From the IMG/VR virus record IMGVR_UViG_3300027788_000004, positions 68,787 through 132,786 of that record: a DNA stretch of 64,000 bases; one strand, given 5' to 3'. This stretch comes from a virus. The notes beneath the pieces were generated by a model that ran no database searches, was not told the DNA's origin, and saw only the letters and a list, made by a program, of their open reading frames with translations. Shown here in pieces: positions 51,749 to 60,159 of the stretch. The number at the start of each line of letters is the position of its first letter. Within the stretch, counting starts at the first letter, position 1. A program made the position numbers and the translations under genes.

Positions 51749-52071
51749 TGCAATTCAAGAAATTTCAAAAATTCGTTAATGAAGATTTATCATTTCTTCC
51801 TTCTGATAGCGCTGAAAGAGTTAGAAAATTTAATAATATCCAATTAGGATATAATAAAGATGCTGTTAGTGCAGAACCTAGTGTAGGAGAAGATGGACCT
51901 ACTATGTTATCGAAGAGATTAGGTGATATTGAACCAGTTCTCGATGATAATGGAAATCCTGAAATGTTTCCTAGTTCTTTAGGACAGGTTAAACAAATAA
52001 CGCAACCAGGAACTACAATAGTTTCTCATGATAATATGAGAGGCGAACCAATGTTAACTAAAACAAACTAA
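51748..52071 (+). CDS. tagged putative internal head protein
   Basis: N-terminus MQFKKFQKFVNE. Confidence 0.6.
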   Translation: MQFKKFQKFVNEDLSFLPSDSAERVRKFNNIQLGYNKDAVSAEPSVGEDGPTMLSKRLGDIEPVLDDNGNPEMFPSSLGQVKQITQPGTTIVSHDNMRGEPMLTKTN

Positions 52072-52073
52072 TT

Positions 52074-52280
52074 ATGTCACAATCAAAAGGCCTTGGAGAT
52101 AGTATAGATAAGTTTACTACAGCAACTGGTATTAAGAAAGTTGTAGAAGCTGTATCAGGTGGAGGTTGTGGATGTAATAAAAGAAAGGAAACTCTTAATA
52201 CAATGTTTCCGTATTCTCAAAATTCAACAGGTAAATCTATCCCAAAGGATCGTACAGTTGGTGGTATAACTAAAACATAA
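52074..52280 (+). CDS. small conserved phage protein (GLGD...TGIK...CGC..RK..LN type)
   Basis: SKGLGDSIDKFTTATGIKK...GCGCNKRKETLN pattern seen in many phage genomes; function unknown. Confidence 0.7.
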   Translation: MSQSKGLGDSIDKFTTATGIKKVVEAVSGGGCGCNKRKETLNTMFPYSQNSTGKSIPKDRTVGGITKT

Positions 52281-52289
52281 ATTTAAGAT

Positions 52290-52577
52290 ATGGACCATCC
52301 ATTTTTCGGCGATTGGGAAAAACGCAAAAAACCTACAATGTCTCAAGGAGCTGCAGATTTTTGTAACGGAGTATCCCTTAACTCACAAAATATATCTGAT
52401 AATGATAGTTTAATTGAAGACTTTCAAGATAAGAAAAAAGCATTAAAAGAAATGGAAAGATCATTATCTCCAGAAGATCTTAAGATAATGGCACAATCTA
52501 TGGGAATGGGTGGAACCGATCCTCAAAATTCTGTTTCATCAAGATTTAGACAAGCCTTAAATAATAAACAACAATAA
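52290..52577 (+). CDS. hypothetical protein
   Basis: 95-aa ORF in a tight operon. Confidence 0.6.
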   Translation: MDHPFFGDWEKRKKPTMSQGAADFCNGVSLNSQNISDNDSLIEDFQDKKKALKEMERSLSPEDLKIMAQSMGMGGTDPQNSVSSRFRQALNNKQQ

Positions 52578-53032
52578 TGAGCTTTAAGAAATTTAATACA
52601 TTTGTTAACGAAACTATTGGAACTGTTAATGCTCCAGTACATGGTGAGGCTCCTGAAGAATTTCCAGAAATTGCTCTTGAATCAGAAACTAAATATATTA
52701 AAGAAATAACGTTAATACTAAAAGAATTATATACATCGGCATTGGGTTGTGGTTGTGATGCAGTTAAATTAAAAGAAACATTATTTCCTAAATATAAAAA
52801 TACTAAGTATAAAATGAACGTTACCGAAGATGGTGATTTTCGATTAGATACTTTTGGTAAATATCCAGATGTTCACATTAACTTATCTAATATGAAAAAA
52901 GGTAATCATAATAAAGAATCCATTAAGGAAGAGATTAAAACCCAGATTAAAAAAATACAAGAGAGAATGCCAGGAATGCCATCTATATCACAAATTTCTA
53001 GTTTCTCTAGTGCACCTAATCTTCCAGGTTAA
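52577..53032 (+). CDS. tagged putative internal head protein
   Basis: N-terminus MSFKKFNTFVNE. Confidence 0.6.
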   Translation: MSFKKFNTFVNETIGTVNAPVHGEAPEEFPEIALESETKYIKEITLILKELYTSALGCGCDAVKLKETLFPKYKNTKYKMNVTEDGDFRLDTFGKYPDVHINLSNMKKGNHNKESIKEEIKTQIKKIQERMPGMPSISQISSFSSAPNLPG

Positions 53033-53065
53033 GATTAAATATATAACTAAAATACAATTCAACAG

Positions 53066-54991
53066 ATGACACTAATAAAAAAATTCGATAACTTTATTAA
53101 CGAAGCTTATAAAGGAGATCCAAAGAAATATAAACAATGGTGGGACAAAGGACCTGAAACTCAAATACGAAGAACATTTGGTAAAGAATATGAAAAGGCT
53201 ATTGATAATAGAGTTAAGTTATTATTAACGTTAGTTGATGATCCAGATAAAGCAGAAGAATATGCAGAAATGGACTTTCTTTCTTTACCTAACGGAATAT
53301 CAACTCAATTAGTAAATATGGACCCAAAGGAATTACATACTATATTAGATGAATCAGTTACTGAAGCTAAAGGTGAATCAAACGAAGAACTCATGTTTAA
53401 CTTTCTAGAAGCATTAAGAGCTTCTGGCGCAACTAATATGTTTGGTGCTGCTCCTTATTTACAAGACTCATTTGGCCTTAGTAAAAGTGAAGCTAAAAAA
53501 GTATTGATTAAATGGATGAAATCATATGAATCTGTTGCTGAAGGTCATGAATTCAAACACATTAATAAAGATGAGCATAAGATTAAACTTGCAATAAAGG
53601 ATGTTGAGAAAAAGGTTAAGTTAAAAGCTAATCGAGGCAACCCAATAGAATACGATCAACTATCTCTTAATAAAATTATGTTATCTAAAGTGCTTGGTCG
53701 AGGAAAGTTAGATAAAGAACATCAAGATGCATGGGAAAAATTAAAGAAAGAATACGATCTTAAGGAATCTATTAACGAAGCAAGGGCAAATACTGCTAAA
53801 GAGGCTTTAAGAAATGCATCTGATGCATTAACACAAACAATACCAGGTAGTAAATTAAACAAATCTTATGTTAAAGATTATCTTAAGTCTTTAGAAAGAA
53901 TGGCTAAAAAGGCTCCTCAATTATTTGTTAAACAATACGGAGACTTTACTATAAATGATTATCTCGAAGATGTTGAATATAATATGGCTAACGAATCTGT
54001 TAATGAAGCTAAAAAAGATCTAAAGATCGGAGATACTGGTGTTGACTATAACGACAATACAGTAGAGGTTATAGAAATTGGTAATTTTAACAAAGTATCA
54101 AAAAGCTTCAAAAAGCAAATGAAAGCAGATGCTGAAGATTATGGATATGAAAAATCATCAGGTGATTTCTATCTTACTAAAAACATTGAAGCAACCGAAG
54201 GTAACGTTGGTGATTTAGCAATATATCCAGTAAAATATGATATGGCTAATTATTGGGGACTTGAACCAATTAAAGAATCTCTAGTTACTGAAGCTAAAGT
54301 TACTGAAAAAACTATCGACGGTCTAACTAATAAATTAGCTAAAATAGTAAAGGAATTAAAAGAGAATTTTCTATTGTATAAAGGTGCTAAAAACGATGCA
54401 GATAAAAAGAAATGGACTAAAAGAGCAGGAGAGCTTACGAAATTGAAACAACTAGTAGATAGTGAATTAGAACAAGCTATACAATCATTTCATAAAGATA
54501 TTGAATATGATGAAGCTTATGAAACCTTTTCATACTATGAATCTCTTTTAGAAAGTACTATTGGTATAAAAACCGATGGTACTGCTTCTGTTAAAGGAAT
54601 CCAAAAACTGAGAGATGATTTAGACAAAGCAAAAATTAAACATAAGTTTAATAGATTATCAATGACTTTATCAGTAATAGATACGGATAAAAAATTCTTT
54701 GCCGATGCTAAGAAGATTGTAGATGATTCAGGTTTTGCAATTTTAATGGCTAAAGAATCTAAGGATGGTGTATATTCTTTTGATGAATTTTTAGAAGAGG
54801 GTAGCTTTTCCGATTGGGAAGTTTCGTTCAAATCAATGAATTTATCAGGCACTAAATTGAATCCTAAAAATGTATATAAAGTAAAAGCAAGAGGAACTGC
54901 CGAAGCAATTAAAAAAGCTGCTAAAGACGCTGGAGTAAAGGATGATATGTGGATTGCTACTGAAACTAATTCGATTAAGAAAATTAGTTAA
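53066..54991 (+). CDS. tagged modular putative polyprotein (about 8 modules joined by ES-[VIL]-x-E linkers)
   Basis: MTLIKKFDNFINE tag; ESVTE, ESVAE, ESINE, ESVNE, ESLVTE, ESLLE, FDEFLEE spaced 60-95 aa apart; late motif at 53038. Confidence 0.7.
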   Translation: MTLIKKFDNFINEAYKGDPKKYKQWWDKGPETQIRRTFGKEYEKAIDNRVKLLLTLVDDPDKAEEYAEMDFLSLPNGISTQLVNMDPKELHTILDESVTEAKGESNEELMFNFLEALRASGATNMFGAAPYLQDSFGLSKSEAKKVLIKWMKSYESVAEGHEFKHINKDEHKIKLAIKDVEKKVKLKANRGNPIEYDQLSLNKIMLSKVLGRGKLDKEHQDAWEKLKKEYDLKESINEARANTAKEALRNASDALTQTIPGSKLNKSYVKDYLKSLERMAKKAPQLFVKQYGDFTINDYLEDVEYNMANESVNEAKKDLKIGDTGVDYNDNTVEVIEIGNFNKVSKSFKKQMKADAEDYGYEKSSGDFYLTKNIEATEGNVGDLAIYPVKYDMANYWGLEPIKESLVTEAKVTEKTIDGLTNKLAKIVKELKENFLLYKGAKNDADKKKWTKRAGELTKLKQLVDSELEQAIQSFHKDIEYDEAYETFSYYESLLESTIGIKTDGTASVKGIQKLRDDLDKAKIKHKFNRLSMTLSVIDTDKKFFADAKKIVDDSGFAILMAKESKDGVYSFDEFLEEGSFSDWEVSFKSMNLSGTKLNPKNVYKVKARGTAEAIKKAAKDAGVKDDMWIATETNSIKKIS

Positions 54992-54995
54992 AAAG

Positions 54996-55023
54996 GAAAC
55001 ATTTTTGAATCGTATACATATAA
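54996..55023 (+). promoter_or_regulatory. putative middle promoter GAAAC-N16-CATATAA
   Basis: Exact motif upstream of the GT2-TPR gene. Confidence 0.8.
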
Positions 55024-55051
55024 TAATTACTAACACTTTAACACATATTAA

Positions 55052-56272
55052 ATGAAGGAAAATGAATTACCATTTTTAGGGTTAAACATAATCGTTAAAA
55101 ATGAAGAAAAGGTAATCGCAAGAATGCTGGAAACAGTAGCGCCTTTAATCGATTGGTACACTATCGTTGATACCGGTTCCACAGATCGTACAAAAGAAAT
55201 CTGCAAGGAAGTTATGGATAAACATGGCATTCCTGGTGAGATTATCGATCATAAATGGGAGAACTTTTGTGCTGCTAGAAACGCTGCATTACAAGCGGCT
55301 AAAGGTAAATGCGAATTTGCATTTTGGATAGACGCTGATGAACAACTAATATGGCCAGATAAATTCTCTAAAGATAAACTTATTACTGGACTTAAGAATT
55401 TTGATGCAGGTGCAATAACTGTAAATTACGGAAGTCAAACTTATTTTAGAACTCAATTTATGAGAGTATCTTGTCCATGGGAATGGAGAGGTGCTGTTCA
55501 CGAAATACAATTACCTAAGGAAGGATCTGACTTTAATCCTAGAGGAACACAAGTTGGAGGTCTTAGTGTATTAGTAACTCCAGATGGTGCTTCGTGGGGA
55601 GATGGATCAGATCCAAAGGCTGCTCAAGAAGCGAAGTATAGAGAACATGCAGAAATGTTACATGAGTATATTAAAACAGATAGTGATATTAGATGGATAT
55701 TCTATTTAGCTCAATCTTATAGAGATTCGTTTCAATGGGAATTAGCTGAAAAATACTATCAACAAAGAACCGATAGTGAAGAAGGTTATTGGGAAGAACG
55801 TTATTTTTCTGCGTTAATGGTTGCTTCTATGAGATCTAATCAAGGTAAACCAGTAAATGAAATAATGGAAGCTTACGCATATTGTTCTAGATTTGACTAT
55901 CGTAGAGCTGAGCATTTTATTCCTATCATAAGATATTATCAAGGATTGCAAAACTGGCCAATGGCTTACTCGTTATCTAAATATGTTATTGATAATTGCT
56001 CTAAAAATCCTTTCCCAACATCATCACTATTTATAGATAAAGCAACATATGATTGGCAATGTTTAGATCTACATTGTATATCAGCATTTTATATGGGTAA
56101 ATTACCTGAAGCAAAAAAGATCTATAATAAATTAAGAAAGGCAATTAACGCAGGATTAGTACCAGAATCAGAACATAAGAGAATTATAGATAATGATAAG
56201 TGGTATAAGCAAGCAGCTAAGGATAAATCATCGGCACCGAGTCCTAATGTTATTCCTATTCTTAAAAAATAA
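55052..56272 (+). CDS. glycosyltransferase family 2 with C-terminal TPR repeats
   Basis: IVKNEE, VDTGSTD, NF..ARN, WIDADE, W.G.VHE; FYLAQSYRD TPR-like helices. Confidence 0.88.
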   Translation: MKENELPFLGLNIIVKNEEKVIARMLETVAPLIDWYTIVDTGSTDRTKEICKEVMDKHGIPGEIIDHKWENFCAARNAALQAAKGKCEFAFWIDADEQLIWPDKFSKDKLITGLKNFDAGAITVNYGSQTYFRTQFMRVSCPWEWRGAVHEIQLPKEGSDFNPRGTQVGGLSVLVTPDGASWGDGSDPKAAQEAKYREHAEMLHEYIKTDSDIRWIFYLAQSYRDSFQWELAEKYYQQRTDSEEGYWEERYFSALMVASMRSNQGKPVNEIMEAYAYCSRFDYRRAEHFIPIIRYYQGLQNWPMAYSLSKYVIDNCSKNPFPTSSLFIDKATYDWQCLDLHCISAFYMGKLPEAKKIYNKLRKAINAGLVPESEHKRIIDNDKWYKQAAKDKSSAPSPNVIPILKK

Positions 56273-56514
56273 TGGAACTATCCGTTAAAAAAAATATCAG
56301 AGCTTCGGTATACGTTAACAATCAACGTTTAATAGATTTAGAAAATTCATCGGTTTATTCCAAGGTTGAGAACGACGAAATCTTTATTTTTATTAAACAT
56401 GCTAAAACTGGACAATCTGTTAAATTAGTTATCCAACAATGTGCAGAAGAGTTAGATAATGGATCTACTGGTTCTACTGGAGTTGCTGGATCTACTGGTT
56501 CTACAGGAATGTAA
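56272..56514 (+). CDS. small protein with (GST)n tail
   Basis: C-terminal GSTGSTGVAGSTGSTG; start overlaps the GT2-TPR stop. Confidence 0.6.
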   Translation: MELSVKKNIRASVYVNNQRLIDLENSSVYSKVENDEIFIFIKHAKTGQSVKLVIQQCAEELDNGSTGSTGVAGSTGSTGM

Positions 56515-56542
56515 GGATATATAATTAAACAAATTCGCTTAA

Positions 56543-57856
56543 ATGAAATACTTCAAATTATTTGAAAATTGGAATGGTGATAATTTATTAGAGGCATCTT
56601 TATCAGGTCCTAATAGAAGTGACAACTTCAATCCAAAAGTTCTACAAACCTTTCATCGGTATGTAGAGTTAAATGATAAGCATGATCCTCAAAGTCGTGA
56701 ACTACCTACTGTAGATTTTTCAACAGAGAACAAAGCAGAATTATATAAGATTGGTTTAGAAGATAATAAAGCTATTCAGGCAGGTGTACAACTTCCTAAA
56801 AATACAGATGGAATAACAATAATCGTTAAAAATACTACTGATTTAGTTCAAGTACCTGTTTTTAAGAAGAATGGAGATCTTTCAAGTAGTAGTCCTAAGT
56901 ATTATGTTCCTATTAAATATAAAGGTAAAGAATACTTAATATCATTAAAGGATCTTAGAAAACCAACTGGTAAAGCAGTAGAGGAATGGAATCCAGATTT
57001 ATCTAAGAGTAAAACTCAACAAGGTGTTGTTAGACCATTTACCGCAGGTCATCCACAAGAACAGCAAATTTGTGAGATGTTTGTTGCTAATACAAACAAA
57101 GATTGGCAATTCAAATTCAACGATTATATATACGAAGTAACTTTAGTTGGTGGTGCTAACTATAGAGGAAAGGGTCATCCAAAAACCGATATCGAATTAA
57201 GATTATCTTGTATTACTGATCCAACTCATATTCTAAAAAATAAGAGCAAAATACAAAATGAGGTAAAGAATGGTCAATATAAAGTCAGCCTTAAAGATAA
57301 GAGTGCTAATTTCGTTGAAGGTTGGTTAGGACCTAAAAGAGCTCATGATATTTTTGGCGATGATTTAGGAGAACAAGTACAAAAGATTTGGAATAGTATT
57401 AAAAACGCAGATCCAAAAACTCTAAAAGGGTTTAAGAAACGAGGTATAACTGGTAATACAATCATTTTATTTATAGGTGTTAAAAATTCAGGATATTTCA
57501 ATTGGGAAGGTAAAAAACATTCTAGCGGTGTAGATACATGGAAACTCAGTCCAACATCGTTAATGGAAGCTTATGCTGGTGAAACTAAATTTGGAGATAT
57601 GGGTCAACCAGATGCAATTGCAAATTGCTTTTACAAAGGATCTACGCCAAAGACTCCAGGAGAATTTTTAGAAGAGTTGATTCCAGTAAACAAATCTACT
57701 GTTAAACGATATATGGAACCTCTTTATATACAACCTCAAGGAAGGAATAACCCATCTGCAAAATCTTCTATATTATTTAGAAAAGATAAAAAGGGAGTAT
57801 GGACAATAAATAATGAATGGCTAGCTCAGGCAGGATTAGCTGGTAAAATTAAATAA
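56543..57856 (+). CDS. late protein with putative PD-(D/E)xK-type nuclease domain
   Basis: Late promoter at 56516; MKYFKLFE..LLE N-terminus; PKTDI...VSLK motif. Confidence 0.5.
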   Translation: MKYFKLFENWNGDNLLEASLSGPNRSDNFNPKVLQTFHRYVELNDKHDPQSRELPTVDFSTENKAELYKIGLEDNKAIQAGVQLPKNTDGITIIVKNTTDLVQVPVFKKNGDLSSSSPKYYVPIKYKGKEYLISLKDLRKPTGKAVEEWNPDLSKSKTQQGVVRPFTAGHPQEQQICEMFVANTNKDWQFKFNDYIYEVTLVGGANYRGKGHPKTDIELRLSCITDPTHILKNKSKIQNEVKNGQYKVSLKDKSANFVEGWLGPKRAHDIFGDDLGEQVQKIWNSIKNADPKTLKGFKKRGITGNTIILFIGVKNSGYFNWEGKKHSSGVDTWKLSPTSLMEAYAGETKFGDMGQPDAIANCFYKGSTPKTPGEFLEELIPVNKSTVKRYMEPLYIQPQGRNNPSAKSSILFRKDKKGVWTINNEWLAQAGLAGKIK

Positions 57857-57875
57857 TAAAACGATAAAGAAAATC

Positions 57876-58139
57876 ATGGGATCAAAATCATTAATGGAAA
57901 AAAGAGGCCATCACATTTGTAGAGTTGGTGGATACGAGATTAGACAAAGAATAACTAATGCTACACAAAAAAGTGGAGGTAGTAGTGAAATCACAATTTA
58001 TAAAGGTAAAAAACTTATTGAAGGAAAACTTCCTTCTGTAATAGTAGCAGCACAATCAGCGTACGATATGCAAAAAAAGAATGGAACTACACCTATTCTT
58101 GCAAAGAAGATCGTAACAAAATATAAAATAAAATTATGA
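57876..58139 (+). CDS. hypothetical basic protein
   Basis: 87-aa ORF. Confidence 0.6.
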   Translation: MGSKSLMEKRGHHICRVGGYEIRQRITNATQKSGGSSEITIYKGKKLIEGKLPSVIVAAQSAYDMQKKNGTTPILAKKIVTKYKIKL

Positions 58140-58315
58140 GCAAACTAAACTGGATAAATGGATTTGATGCAGGTAACAAAAAGGAAAAATATAGTATAAC
58201 TATACGAATAGGAACATTTACTTTACTAGAAATTAAGTATTGTCCGTGTGATAAAACAACATGCAAATGTAGTAAATTTAGATTTATGATTTGTAATTTA
58301 GGATTAGAACTTTAG
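58136..58315 (+). CDS. 59-aa Cys-rich protein (not in ORF track)
   Basis: MSKLNWING...YCPCDKTTCKC...FRFMICNLGLEL; ATGA overlap upstream; exactly fills the gap. Confidence 0.6.
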   Translation: MSKLNWINGFDAGNKKEKYSITIRIGTFTLLEIKYCPCDKTTCKCSKFRFMICNLGLEL

Positions 58316-58319
58316 AATT

Positions 58320-59042
58320 ATGAAAAGAATTACAGATTGGCATAAACTTTTTATCGGTAGATGGCAAAACATATTAAGAATTGATAACTATCAAACATTA
58401 TGGGTTAGTTTTGTTAAAGGCCTTTTACTAGGTTATATCATTTGTTCTCTTGTTAGTTGTACTGTAACTTATGAATATGCAAATACTCCGATATATGAAG
58501 ATAGGGAACATTCTACTGAATTATATTTTTGGACAGATAATGAATTAGGCGGATCTCCATATTGGGGATATTATACAGGATTCTATTATTATTATGGAAC
58601 TCCTCACTACTATCCTTGGTGGTATTACTATCAAGCGATTCCTCCGCATCATCACCATACTCATACTCATGTATATGTTAATTGTGATAATGGATATTAT
58701 GTTTATGGACATCGTGGAAATATGTTTAACAATACGAATGGAGGTAATTATATTGCAACCACTAAGCCAAGAACTAATAGAACAAAAACTAACGTATTTC
58801 CATATACTTGGAAGTCTAGTAATTCTTCTATAAACGTTAAACAAAATGATAATAGGATATATGTAAAACCTAATACACAGCATAACACGACACCAGTCAT
58901 CATCAAGAATAACAATACGAACACAAATAGATCCAACGTTAATACTAATCGATCTAACACAAAACCAAATAAAAACCAAAACAATACTAGGATAAATAAT
59001 AAAGTAACAAAGACTAATAAAATAAATAAAAAACCACGATGA
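58320..59042 (+). CDS. putative lipoprotein, Tyr/Trp-rich with Asn/Thr/Lys-rich tail
   Basis: Hydrophobic stretch ending LVSC (lipobox-like). Confidence 0.5.
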   Translation: MKRITDWHKLFIGRWQNILRIDNYQTLWVSFVKGLLLGYIICSLVSCTVTYEYANTPIYEDREHSTELYFWTDNELGGSPYWGYYTGFYYYYGTPHYYPWWYYYQAIPPHHHHTHTHVYVNCDNGYYVYGHRGNMFNNTNGGNYIATTKPRTNRTKTNVFPYTWKSSNSSINVKQNDNRIYVKPNTQHNTTPVIIKNNNTNTNRSNVNTNRSNTKPNKNQNNTRINNKVTKTNKINKKPR

Positions 59043-59377
59043 AAACATTCAAAAACTTTAGAGAATCTCTTCTACCAGTTAACGAAGCTAAGTATAAAGG
59101 AAAGGACATTCTTCCTAATTGGTTAACAAAGGATGATTTTGGATCTCTAGTAAAGAACATACGAGATCTTAAAGAAGGAGAAAAATATATCATTTGGGAA
59201 GGTGGAATGGATACCTGGAATGGTGAATATGAATACTCATTTGATAAAATTGCAAAAGAATACTTATTTGATGATGTTTCTACTCCAGGAGCTGCAGACC
59301 CTTACTCTCAAATGACTTTTACAAAAGACGAAATGGAAGATTATATCAAGAATAAGCTAATTCTAAAACAAAATTAA
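59039..59377 (+). CDS. tagged putative internal head protein
   Basis: N-terminus MKTFKNFRESLLPVNE. Confidence 0.6.
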   Translation: MKTFKNFRESLLPVNEAKYKGKDILPNWLTKDDFGSLVKNIRDLKEGEKYIIWEGGMDTWNGEYEYSFDKIAKEYLFDDVSTPGAADPYSQMTFTKDEMEDYIKNKLILKQN

Positions 59378-59385
59378 ATAACCAA

Positions 59386-59739
59386 ATGAAAAATGTAAAA
59401 GATTTTACAGAATTCTTAAATGAATCAAACGAACTTAATGAAAATCAAGGTCGTAAAGAATACAAAAAGCTAAGAAAAAATCCACCGGAATTAAAAGTAG
59501 AAAAAAATCCTAAGGAAGTAATAGTGAATACCGTAGATAGAGATGGTAATAAATTCAGGCTTCTGTTTAACAAGAAGGGTGGTGGTTTTGGATTCTCTGC
59601 AGATGGTTGGAGTATAAAGAATTGGGACTTTGGTTACAAAGCTAAAGATATAGAATGGAAAGCCGATGAAGGTGATTGGGATTCTGTATTTGATATGATA
59701 CTAAAAGACCTTGCAATCGAAGATGTTTCGAGTAGATAA
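59386..59739 (+). CDS. tagged putative internal head protein
   Basis: N-terminus MKNVKDFTEFLNESNELNE. Confidence 0.62.
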   Translation: MKNVKDFTEFLNESNELNENQGRKEYKKLRKNPPELKVEKNPKEVIVNTVDRDGNKFRLLFNKKGGGFGFSADGWSIKNWDFGYKAKDIEWKADEGDWDSVFDMILKDLAIEDVSSR

Positions 59740-59753
59740 AATAAAAATAACAA

Positions 59754-60158
59754 ATGAAAAATATAAAAGATTTTGATGCTTTCTTAAATGAAACTGTTAT
59801 AAGAATACCAGTTGGTAAAGATAGAGATAATAACATACGAGTTAATGGTATAGGTAACAAAATATATTTAGAAAATTTTGAAACCAATATGGAACCAGCT
59901 GAAACTAAAAAGTTCTTATCATTTATAAAGGAAAAGTACGCACATTTAATAACAAATATAACACATCATTTAGGAGATCTAGTAATAACTTATTCTTTGT
60001 ATATCAATAAAGAAATAGCAGATACGCTATCAAGTATACTTAACGATATTTTTACAGCACGAGCTGAGAATAATATGGAAACATCAGAACCTGATAAAAT
60101 GAAAGAACCTAAAGGTGTTTTAGATGGTGAAACAGCAAACAAAAACAAGAAGGAATAA
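59754..60158 (+). CDS. tagged putative internal head protein
   Basis: N-terminus MKNIKDFDAFLNE. Confidence 0.62.
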   Translation: MKNIKDFDAFLNETVIRIPVGKDRDNNIRVNGIGNKIYLENFETNMEPAETKKFLSFIKEKYAHLITNITHHLGDLVITYSLYINKEIADTLSSILNDIFTARAENNMETSEPDKMKEPKGVLDGETANKNKKE

Positions 60159-60159
60159 C

